Of a DNA stretch of 64,000 bases, positions 52,385 to 61,328 are shown piece after piece. Positions within the stretch are counted from its first letter, which is position 1. The number at the start of each line of letters is the position of its first letter. This DNA comes from Nitrosopumilaceae archaeon. Its GTDB lineage: Archaea; Thermoproteota; Nitrososphaeria; Nitrososphaerales; Nitrosopumilaceae. Position numbers and translations under genes: made by a program. The notes beneath the pieces were generated by a model that had not been told where the DNA came from, did no database searches, and worked only from the letters and a program-made list of their open reading frames with translations. The stretch is from assembly GCA_965209085.1 (NCBI GenBank), contig OZ242376.1, forward strand, positions 896,001 to 960,000. The letters run 5' to 3'.

Positions 52385-52530
52385 TTTTTGCTTTCATCAT
52401 AACCGGGGTTAACATTTGATGCGATCTGGCAAGATTTCATTAAAACGGCTCTGAGCAAAAGCTTTTTTGGTCGTTTACGTTTATGATCTAAAAGATTTAC
52501 GGTATGTTTTTGATTTTAATCATGACTAGC
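52385..52530 (-). mobile_element. left-end fragment of the IS5 family at 1449/53441 (copy 3)
   Basis: Reverse complement matches 1458-1635 with small internal deletions. Confidence 0.8.
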
Positions 52531-52570
52531 GATTTAATTTTAGAAACTCTAAAATAGAAATATCAGAGTT

Positions 52571-53272
52571 TTGAAATTGATGATTCATAAGACAAGTTAT
52601 CAATCAATTCTGATAAATGATTTACTTGGACGATCACTAAATAATGTTGAAGCGAAATTTGCACCAAAGATGATTTTCTGCAAAGGTTCTATGGAAATCC
52701 CCATACCATGTCCAAGAGTCTCCATTATTGGTTCTAGAAAGGCATCAGATAGAGGACTTTTAGAAGCTAGAGAAATTTCAAAGATTTTGGTTGAAAATAA
52801 AACAACAATAGTAAGTGGACTTGCAAAAGGCATTGATACGGCAGGACATAAAACTGCTATAGAATATGGCGGTAGAACTATTGCAGTAATCGGAACTCCA
52901 TTAAACAAAGTATACCCAAAAGAAAATTCCAAGTTACAGGAAGAAATTATGAAAAATCATCTAGGTATTTCACAATATCCAGTTGGTCATTCAACTGTAC
53001 CTAAAGATTTTGTATTACGAAATCTAACTATGGCACTAATCTCAGATGCTACTGTTATTGTAGAAGCAGGAGAATCAAGCGGTTCATTGCATCAAGGCTG
53101 GGAAACGCTAAGAATAGGCAAACCGTTGTTTATTTGTAAAGATATGGTTGATGATGATAAATTAAAATGGCCAAAAGAAATGATACGGTATGGAGCTATG
53201 AGGCTTGATAATTCAACAGATATTTTAAAAAATTTACCAACAAATATTAAAATGCCAGAATTGTTTCAATAA
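52571..53272 (+). CDS. dprA: DprA/Smf family protein (Rossmann/SLOG domain only)
   Basis: IIGSRKAS, IVSGLAKGID..H, F..RN and VEAG..SGS motifs; AT-rich. Confidence 0.9.
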   Translation: MKLMIHKTSYQSILINDLLGRSLNNVEAKFAPKMIFCKGSMEIPIPCPRVSIIGSRKASDRGLLEAREISKILVENKTTIVSGLAKGIDTAGHKTAIEYGGRTIAVIGTPLNKVYPKENSKLQEEIMKNHLGISQYPVGHSTVPKDFVLRNLTMALISDATVIVEAGESSGSLHQGWETLRIGKPLFICKDMVDDDKLKWPKEMIRYGAMRLDNSTDILKNLPTNIKMPELFQ

Positions 53273-53281
53273 GGACTTGAA

Positions 53282-53416
53282 ATGAAGATATCCGAAATAA
53301 AATTTGGTTCATTATCAACTTTTACGCCAAAAACAGTAATTTCAACTGTGATTCATTTTATCCTAAATTTGCCTCAAATTCACGATAAATCCGAACAGAT
53401 CAATATGCCTCAATAG
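53282..53416 (+). pseudogene. truncated gene downstream of dprA, possibly the N-terminus of a PRTase partner
   Basis: ATG 9 nt after the dprA stop, MKISEIKFGSLSTFTPK...; ends just before the IS. Confidence 0.35.
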
Positions 53417-53440
53417 GATCACAATTGAGAGTGTTCACCC

Positions 53441-54141
53441 GGCTCTGTCCATGAATAAAATCAAAAACATACCATAAAGCTTTTAGATCATGAACGTAAA
53501 TGACCGAAAAAGCTTTGGATCAGTAGATCAGAGCCAATGTAATGAAATCAACAAAGCACAAACGACGAGGAAATCTTGCCAGATCACACCAAATGTTAAC
53601 CTCGATTATAATGAAAGCAAAAAATCAAGTGGTAAAGCCATGGAAACCAAGTCCGTTAGGACAAACCGGCTTTGACCACCTATCTTTCACGTAACATATG
53701 CACATTCGTAGAAAAGATCGGACAAATTCCTGTAATAATGCCAAGAAAAGGTGTTCGCGTACGTGGATTTGACGCAATGGGCAAAGATGGCATCATGATA
53801 ATCCTGATGAATTTCTATCCATATACTGCAAACGCAGCAACGTAGAGGCCACGTTTTCATCCATGAAGAGAAGGTTTTCATCCACTCCGAGTGCCCGCAA
53901 ATTTGCAACACAGAAAATTGAATTGGGCTTCTTTGTCGTGCCATAATATTCACATTCTAGATGCCGCAGTCTAGATTCTGACACTTTGTGTCAGATATGA
54001 TCCTAGCGTATGCTATACTCTAAAACCCAATATTTGCAATACTGGCAAGATGAGCAGGGCTTGATAATGATGGACATGTTGTATAATTTTGAATGAATTT
54101 AATCGGATTTTTATAAAAAATGCTCATTCATGGACAGAGCT
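53441..54141 (+). mobile_element. IS5-family internal-deletion derivative (copy 2)
   Basis: Perfect 15-bp TIR gctctgtccatgaat/attcatggacagagc; collinear with 1449-2612 but lacking ~450 bp (copy 1 ~1686-2134). Confidence 0.88.
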
Positions 54142-54186
54142 CAATACACGATCACGCTTATATACAAAATACACATATTATATAAT

Positions 54187-57039
54187 ATGAATAATACTGT
54201 TCCAGCATTAACATTTTTTTTCACACTTTTATTAATCCCTGCAATTCCACCAAATTTTGCAGATACAAATGTAGACGAAGCACACAACATTGCGACACAG
54301 AAAATGATCCAGCGGCATATTAACCTGCAATTTGGAGCGAGTAATTCGCCTCCTGTAAACGCAACAGCCAACACACCATCGTACATACCAATAATATTTT
54401 CAGCCGTGGACAATGATACACTAGTGGTAGGCATAGATGCACGCGTACTATCTGAAAACATAACGTACACAGAACAGCAGATTGCAGATTATATTGGCAT
54501 CAACGCTTCAATTGATATCAAATACATGAGCATCTCTTCGGATTCTTTAAGGATTAATTCCAATGAAAATTTACATCTTGAATTCCTAGCCGATATTTGT
54601 CATCCAATCATAGCCCTTGATTTTGAAGACAAATGTGTGAAATTTTTTACAGAATTGACAGCTGGAAACGTACTGACCAAAAACAACCCCCTGTCGGGTC
54701 AAAACTCCCCTAGCATGAACAACCCATGCGATGATTCGCTTTCTAGTCTTGCTTGTTATTTTTATAACCAGTATATTGCAAAATGCATACCAACTTATAC
54801 CAGATCTAGATGTGCATCTTATGCTGCGTTCATTACAAACGGTGGATATACCCTCCCAACAAGCTCGACAATATCTGACACCGTACCTCCAGTTATTACC
54901 ATACCTGACGATATTGTAAAGGTTGTATCTGGCACTAGTGCATATGTGGATTATCAAGTAAGCGCAACTGATAATGTTGATGAGACAGTTTCTGTCACAT
55001 GCAACCCGTCTAATAATGTATTTCCACTTGGAACTACTAGGGTAACATGCAGTAGCATGGATACCTCACAAAATACCGCAAGAGAGTCTTTTACGGTAAC
55101 TGTTACACAAAACACGCTCCAGTCTTCTGATACGGTTGTGTTTTCAGATGATTTTGAAAACGGACTTTCCAAATGGGTCGTATCTGGTGAGCTAAGGTGG
55201 AGAACTGGTCAATTAGACGAGAATGTTGCAATTTCAGGACACACAATTTCAAACAACGTTGCAGAAGCTGATGACTGTGATCGAGAATGCATATTGGAAA
55301 TGAGAAACGGTGTTGATTTATCCGATGTTACTTCTGCAACCCTTGAATTTTACAGATTTGTGGACAATAGCTTGGACCGGGGAGAATATCTCAAAGTAGA
55401 GGCATATGATGGCACATCGTGGAATCAACTGGCAATATACGGAGATGATTATGATACTAACGATGATGCATGGCATTTTGAAACCTTGGATATCTCAGAT
55501 TATACAAACTCTGATTTTAAAGTAAGATTCATCGTACTTGCAAGTAGCAGATCCGAAGACGTGGGAGTGGATGAAATTGCCATACGTATTAGGACATCCG
55601 TAACAGATCTGCCAACCATATTCTCGGATGATTTTGAAAACGGATTGTCTAAATGGACAAAAACAGGTGACTACAACTGGAACGATGAAACATTAGATGA
55701 TGGTGTAATAATCGATGGTTTTGATATCTCAAATCTTGTCGCACAGGCAGATAACTGCGACAATGTGTGCTTTTTGACAATGGCACAATCTGTTGATTTT
55801 TCTTCGGCATCTTCAAAATCACTCATATTTGACAGATTTGTTGATTCATCTTTGGATAGAAATGAATATTTACGCGTTGATGCATATGATGGCATATCGT
55901 GGACATATTTGGAAACATATGGTGATAATAACAACAAAAATGACAAAGAATGGCATAATGAAATCATAGATTTATCCGCATACACAAATGATGATTTTAA
56001 GATAAGATTTGTCGCCCAGACTAGTAAAAGTAGCGAAGAGGTGGCAGTAGACAACATACAGTTAAAGACAGGTGATTCGATTTCCACAATACAATTATCA
56101 AACATCACAGTTTATGCCGCGGAGCATGAAAGTAAACGCGTATCTTACAATCTGAACGCGCAAGGTGCTGCATCCGATGTCACTGTAATAAGATGCGACC
56201 CGCCTAGCGGATCGATATTCTCATCAACAACATCGGTCGAATGTATCGTGGACAGCATATACGGACCGTTCAAATACTTGTTTACGGTTTTTTTCAAACC
56301 TCCAGTTGAAATCTATGGAGGAACACCACATGTATTTTATCCGTCTCCTACTGCTAATGGATCTGCGGGTACAATAACAACAGGAGTTACAACCACTAAT
56401 GGCCATCATGGTGTTGTAGTGGCAGGTCATACCATAAACGCACCACGCAACTTTTACGAACCAACGCACGTAATTCCATTGTCACATAATCTGGATGATT
56501 TATCTAATACAGTGGTATTTTCCACATTGAATGGAATTGGTACTACTATTGGAAATTATGACGCGGCATTTATTCGGACAAGTAATAGTGACACAACTGC
56601 ACCATTAAACCACGTACGAATGTTAAACGGTACTATATTCACTGTAACTCATGGCACTTTATCTGACGTGGAAGTTTTGTCCACGATTAACATATACGGC
56701 CAATATAATAATAGAGATGGGTTACTTATTTTCAAAAACGCAACATTAGATAATACTCGAGGAACATTGACTGAAATGGGAATTGGTAATTATAAATCTA
56801 TAGATGGCGATAGTGGTGGTCCTATTGTTTATCATGGAGATGGTGCCGTACTTGTGGGTTTACATGGTGGTTCTGTTTGTATATTTACGCCCGAAGATGC
56901 CAACACTATAGATGTCAGTAATTCATCATTTTGTAATTCAAATATTATTATCACATCTCAAAATGGCGATTACCACAATGTATATTATAAATACTTCAGC
57001 GCATGGGAAAACGTAAAAAATGGTCTCAACGTACGATAA
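54187..57039 (+). CDS. large secreted multidomain S1 (trypsin-like) serine protease
   Basis: Signal peptide; HYR-like domain (DTVPPVI..VSATD..FPLGTT.V.C); two tandem FSDDFENGLSKW beta-sandwich repeats; C-terminal triad AGH / YDAAF / GDSGGP. Confidence 0.82.
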   Translation: MNNTVPALTFFFTLLLIPAIPPNFADTNVDEAHNIATQKMIQRHINLQFGASNSPPVNATANTPSYIPIIFSAVDNDTLVVGIDARVLSENITYTEQQIADYIGINASIDIKYMSISSDSLRINSNENLHLEFLADICHPIIALDFEDKCVKFFTELTAGNVLTKNNPLSGQNSPSMNNPCDDSLSSLACYFYNQYIAKCIPTYTRSRCASYAAFITNGGYTLPTSSTISDTVPPVITIPDDIVKVVSGTSAYVDYQVSATDNVDETVSVTCNPSNNVFPLGTTRVTCSSMDTSQNTARESFTVTVTQNTLQSSDTVVFSDDFENGLSKWVVSGELRWRTGQLDENVAISGHTISNNVAEADDCDRECILEMRNGVDLSDVTSATLEFYRFVDNSLDRGEYLKVEAYDGTSWNQLAIYGDDYDTNDDAWHFETLDISDYTNSDFKVRFIVLASSRSEDVGVDEIAIRIRTSVTDLPTIFSDDFENGLSKWTKTGDYNWNDETLDDGVIIDGFDISNLVAQADNCDNVCFLTMAQSVDFSSASSKSLIFDRFVDSSLDRNEYLRVDAYDGISWTYLETYGDNNNKNDKEWHNEIIDLSAYTNDDFKIRFVAQTSKSSEEVAVDNIQLKTGDSISTIQLSNITVYAAEHESKRVSYNLNAQGAASDVTVIRCDPPSGSIFSSTTSVECIVDSIYGPFKYLFTVFFKPPVEIYGGTPHVFYPSPTANGSAGTITTGVTTTNGHHGVVVAGHTINAPRNFYEPTHVIPLSHNLDDLSNTVVFSTLNGIGTTIGNYDAAFIRTSNSDTTAPLNHVRMLNGTIFTVTHGTLSDVEVLSTINIYGQYNNRDGLLIFKNATLDNTRGTLTEMGIGNYKSIDGDSGGPIVYHGDGAVLVGLHGGSVCIFTPEDANTIDVSNSSFCNSNIIITSQNGDYHNVYYKYFSAWENVKNGLNVR
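55138..56070 (+). repeat. tandem duplicated ~160-aa extracellular domain
   Basis: Unit 1 FSDDFENGLSKW...ADDCD..C...RFVDNSLDRGEYLKVEAYDG; unit 2 FSDDFENGLSKW...ADNCD..C...RFVDSSLDRNEYLRVDAYDG. Confidence 0.85.
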
Positions 57040-58336
57040 ACTCTCAATTATCATAGTAGGGATTATCATATCGGCCGCATTTGGTTTTGTATTTCTAATA
57101 TCAGAATACGATTTAAAATTACAGCTTGAAGATAATACAGAACAATCTGTTTCTGAAACAAACAATATAGAACAATATATCTCCAAAGCAAACAATACAG
57201 AACAATCTGTTTCCAAAGCAAACAATATACTTGCCATAAATTTGTACAAAATGCTCGAATCCGACGGTAATAAAAATATCTTTTTTTCACCCACAAGCAT
57301 ATTTGTAGGCATGATGATGGCATACGAGGGTACAAGAAACAATACTGCATTGCAGATGGAAGACGCACTTGACATATCTTCTGATGATAATTCACGCAGA
57401 AATGAAATAAAAGATCTAGTGGAGAGCCTTACAAACCCAAACTCAGATTATGATTTGGACATAAAAAACTCCCTGTGGGTTAGAGATAGTTTTCCAATAC
57501 TCCCCGAATATACCGATACGATGGCTGTCCATTACAACAATACCGTTGGTTCATTTAATGTACAAAGTTCTGATAAAATTAACAAATGGATGAATGATTC
57601 AACAAGGGGAAAGATACCTAAAATAGTAAACTATACGACACTATCGGATCCTGATTTGAATTTCATGATTGTCAACACGATTTTTTTTGATGGATCCTGG
57701 ATGAATGAATTCAAAGTAATAGATTCATATCAAAGTCAACACTCTTACATTGATTTTTGGATAAACAACGTTGAATTTGTAAGAACTAACTCGATGGTGC
57801 GTTCCGGTGAGTTTCAATACAGGCAAATCGACAATGTACAAATACTAAAACTCCCGTACAAGTCTGATCCGCAACGTCTGTCTATGGTAATAGTTCTTCC
57901 CGAAGAGAGGTACGGTATTGCTAAACTTGAAGAAAGACTTACAGCAGAGATATTTGCTGCGTGGGTAGATAGCACAGAGCTACAGAACAGCATTCAAGTG
58001 GTCATACCACCATTCAAATTAGATACAGAATATTCTGGATCGTTAATATCATCATTAAAAAAACTTGGAATAACTGATGCATTTGATAAAAAAAATTCCA
58101 ACATGTTGAATATGTCACCTGCACCTGAATTAAGCATCGACGATATGATTCACAGAGCATTTTTAAACGTGCATGAAAAAGGAACCGTTCCAGCGGATCC
58201 ACTTGTTGTGATGTTTGATGTTTTGAGATTAGCCACAAACACATTCAAAGTGGATCATCCGTTTATATTTGCAATATGGGATGATCAGACTAAAACCATT
58301 TTATTTATGGGTCGAATCTCAGATCCTACCGCATAA
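57020..58336 (+). CDS. membrane-anchored serpin (copy 1)
   Basis: N-terminal TM; NIFFSP, INKW..STRGKI, LKLPY, EKGT and F.VDHPFIF...ILFMGRI.DP motifs. Confidence 0.95.
   Translation: MVSTYDKLSIIIVGIIISAAFGFVFLISEYDLKLQLEDNTEQSVSETNNIEQYISKANNTEQSVSKANNILAINLYKMLESDGNKNIFFSPTSIFVGMMMAYEGTRNNTALQMEDALDISSDDNSRRNEIKDLVESLTNPNSDYDLDIKNSLWVRDSFPILPEYTDTMAVHYNNTVGSFNVQSSDKINKWMNDSTRGKIPKIVNYTTLSDPDLNFMIVNTIFFDGSWMNEFKVIDSYQSQHSYIDFWINNVEFVRTNSMVRSGEFQYRQIDNVQILKLPYKSDPQRLSMVIVLPEERYGIAKLEERLTAEIFAAWVDSTELQNSIQVVIPPFKLDTEYSGSLISSLKKLGITDAFDKKNSNMLNMSPAPELSIDDMIHRAFLNVHEKGTVPADPLVVMFDVLRLATNTFKVDHPFIFAIWDDQTKTILFMGRISDPTA
57133..57226 (+). repeat. 3 x 30-bp tandem repeat in the serpin stalk
   Basis: NTEQSVSETN-NIEQYISKAN-NTEQSVSKAN; also present in copy 2 (~61122-61215). 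Confidence 0.85.
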
Positions 58337-58393
58337 TGTCCGTTTAATGGACTGAAAACATGCAAGTCCGATGCACTTGAAGTGTTGGCAGAT

Positions 58394-59608
58394 CCATGAG
58401 TTCGTGGTCCGTGAGACCTTTAGAGTAAGTGAGAGTATCTGTGCTATTGTGTTCCTGAGTTTTGAGCCCTGATAGGTGAGTGCAGCTTTTCAGCCGACAA
58501 AGGAAAAAGGAGGTGAAAAACATTGGAATTGACATTGGAAAAAAGACATGCGTAGTGTGTATTGTAGATGATTTTGGTAAAATACTAGAGGAGACAAAAT
58601 ACAACAATACCAGAAAAGATGCCAAAAAATTTGCCATGCGTGTCAAAAAAAAGTACAAAGCGTGCAGAGCAGTATGCGAATCCACCGCCAACATGTGGAT
58701 AAAGACATCGAAGAATTTGAAGTTCAGAAAATATCTATAAAACTAGCAAATCCGTTTAAAACAAAGGCTATAGCACAGGCAAAAATAAAGACCGACAAGC
58801 TTGATGCAAGTCTTGGCACAACTGTGCAGAACGGATTTTGTGGCCGAATGCTATGTGGTATCTATAAGAAATCCTGCGAAAATCGGGATCTTCTCAGGCA
58901 TAGAATACGACTAGTGGAAGATCAGACAAAAGTAAAAGCAAGAGTAATCAGCATACTGGACAAATACGACTTAACCAATACAGAAAAGCACGTTTGGCGT
59001 ACATGGTATTGCATGGCTCAAAAAACAACAATACGATAACGGCAAAGGCAAGGCGATAATATTATCATGCATAAGACAGATTGAGCATATAGATTCAGAG
59101 ATTGGTATGACAGAAGAACTCATCAGAGCAGAAGCAAAACATGACCAGTACGCCAAAACAATGAGTATGATCGGATTTGATTATTTTGGAGCCATGCTGC
59201 TTGCAACGGAAATTGATCGCATTGACAGATTTGATACGCCAAAACAACTTGTCTCATGGTCTGGTATGTGTCCTACAGTACACCAGTCTGGAGATTCGTT
59301 ATATCATGGCAAGATGAAAAAAGATTCAAACCGTAAAGTGAACTGGATGTTGACGCAGGCTGCAAACTCTACGATAAGAGCGGATGGGAGGATGAAAAAA
59401 TACTATCAACGCATACACAAAAAACATCCACACTCGGTGGCAGTAACACACGTTGCAAACAAAATGATAACGATAATCTGGCACATGCTGACAAACGATA
59501 AACCATACGATGTAAAACCAAAACTCTACGCTCAAAAGATCAACTGTGCATAAGGATTAGGCTGATTGGCAACGAGGAATCAACCATTGTGTCCGGATTG
59601 CTTACATA
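58394..59608 (+). mobile_element. IS110-family element with frameshifted recombinase
   Basis: IGIDIGK (DEDD RuvC), KTDKLDA and PTVHQSG motifs in fragments 58513-58740, ~58710-59039 and ~59040-59553; no TIR; ends approximate. Confidence 0.85.
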
Positions 59609-59940
59609 GGTGTTTTTCTGAAAGATGGCATTCTCTGCCAAGATGTTTATGTTGTATATGGAGGTTAGTCCATCCTCCATTACCCTGTATGAGTCATTGG
59701 CATATTGTTGTCTCTTTTACACCAAATTCCTCGCCAATCTCCTCCATTGTTTTGCCCTGTTTTCTTTTAATCCATGAGAGAAGACGCTGTTTTTGCAACT
59801 GGAATCTTTTCTTTTGCATGACAATTTCCAAGATATGCGTTGAGTTGTTTGCTTAGATTGTCCATATTGTGATGGATGTTGTACCGATCAAAAAGTTTTA
59901 CTGTTTATGCAATATGAAAAGACTTTTGCTCATGACTATA
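59609..59940 (-). mobile_element. IS630-like element left-end remnant
   Basis: Manual translation of broken frames gives RLLSWIKRKQGKTMEEIGEEFGVKETTICQ* and MEDGLTSIYNINIFGRECHLS (IS630-type HTH); starts at TA|TAGTCATGAGC. Confidence 0.55.
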
Positions 59941-59999
59941 GGGTCTGCCAACACTTCAAGTGCATCGGACTTGCATGTTTTCAGTCCATTAAACGGACA

Positions 60000-61328
60000 T
60001 TATGCGGTAGGATCTGAGATTCGACCCATAAATAAAATGGTTTCAGTCTGATCATCCCATATTGCAAATATAAACGGATGATCCGCTTTGAATATGATTG
60101 AGGAGAATCTCAAAACATCCTCCATCGCAGCAGGTGGATCCGCTGGAACGGTTCCTTTTTCATGCACGTTTAAAAATGCTCTGTGAATCATATCGTCGAT
60201 GCTTAATTCAGGTGCAGGTGACATATTCAACATGTTGGAATTTTTTTTATCAAATGCATCAGTTATTCCAAGTTTTTTTAATGATGATATTAACGATCCA
60301 GAATATTCTGTATCTAATTTGAATGTTGGTATGATCACTTGAATGCTGTTCTGTAGCTCTGTGCTATCTATCCACGCAACAAATATCTCTGCTGTAAGTC
60401 TTTCTTCAAGTTTAGCAATACCGTACCTCTCTTCGGGAAGAACTATTACCATAGACAGACGTTGCGGATCAGACTTGTACGGGAGTTTTAGTATTTGTAC
60501 ATTGTCGATTTGTCTGTATTGTACATTCTCAAATTGTCTGTATTGTGCACCACCGGCACGCACCATCACGTTAGTTTTTACAGATTCAACATTGTTTATC
60601 CAAAAATCAACGTAGCCTATTCTATCTTCTGCTATGAATTCATCCATCCAGGATCCATAAAAAAAAATCGTGTTGACAATCATGAAATTCAAATCAGGAT
60701 CCGATAGTGTCGTATAGTTTACTATTTTAGGTATCTTTCCCCTTGTTGAATCATTCATCCATTTGTTAATTTTATCAGAACTTTGTGCATTAAATGAACC
60801 AACGGTATTGTTGTAATGGACAGCCATCGTATCGGTGTATTCGGGGAGTATTGGAAAACTATCTCTAACCCACAGGGAGTTTTTTATGTCCAAATCATAA
60901 TCTGAGTTTGGGTTTGTAAGGCTCTCCACTAGATCTATTATTTCATTTCTGCGTGAATTATCATCAGAAGATATGTCAAGTGCGTCTTCCATCTGCAATG
61001 CAGTATTGTTTCTTGTACCCTCGTATGCCATCATCATGCCTACAAATATGCTTGTGGGTGAAAAAAAGATATTTTTATTACCGTCGGATTCGAGCATTTT
61101 GTACAAATTTATGGCAAGTATATTGTTTGCTTTGGAAACAGATTGTTCTGTATTGTTTGCTTTGGAGATATATTGTTCTATATTGTTTGTTTCAGAAACA
61201 GATTGTTCTGTATTATCTTCAAGCTGTAATTTTAAATCGTATTCTGATATTAGAAATACAAAACCAAATGCGGCCGATATGATAATCCCTACTATGATAA
61301 TTGAGAGTTTATCGTATGTTGAGACCAT
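60000..61328 (-). CDS. membrane-anchored serpin (copy 2)
   Basis: Near-identical to copy 1 except for the RCL and the segment after GSW; 24-bp duplication QYRQFENV-QYRQIDNV. Confidence 0.95.
   Translation of the reverse strand: MVSTYDKLSIIIVGIIISAAFGFVFLISEYDLKLQLEDNTEQSVSETNNIEQYISKANNTEQSVSKANNILAINLYKMLESDGNKNIFFSPTSIFVGMMMAYEGTRNNTALQMEDALDISSDDNSRRNEIIDLVESLTNPNSDYDLDIKNSLWVRDSFPILPEYTDTMAVHYNNTVGSFNAQSSDKINKWMNDSTRGKIPKIVNYTTLSDPDLNFMIVNTIFFYGSWMDEFIAEDRIGYVDFWINNVESVKTNVMVRAGGAQYRQFENVQYRQIDNVQILKLPYKSDPQRLSMVIVLPEERYGIAKLEERLTAEIFVAWIDSTELQNSIQVIIPTFKLDTEYSGSLISSLKKLGITDAFDKKNSNMLNMSPAPELSIDDMIHRAFLNVHEKGTVPADPPAAMEDVLRFSSIIFKADHPFIFAIWDDQTETILFMGRISDPTA

Larger units (their letters stand above)
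56388..58392 (+). repeat. left arm of ~2-kb inverted duplication
   Basis: Reverse complement of 59944-61954 (protease catalytic domain, serpin and 56 bp downstream). Confidence 0.92.

Noticed and set aside
57133-57226. CRISPR-like 30-bp repeats
   Set aside because: Contiguous in-frame coding repeats without spacers; no cas genes.
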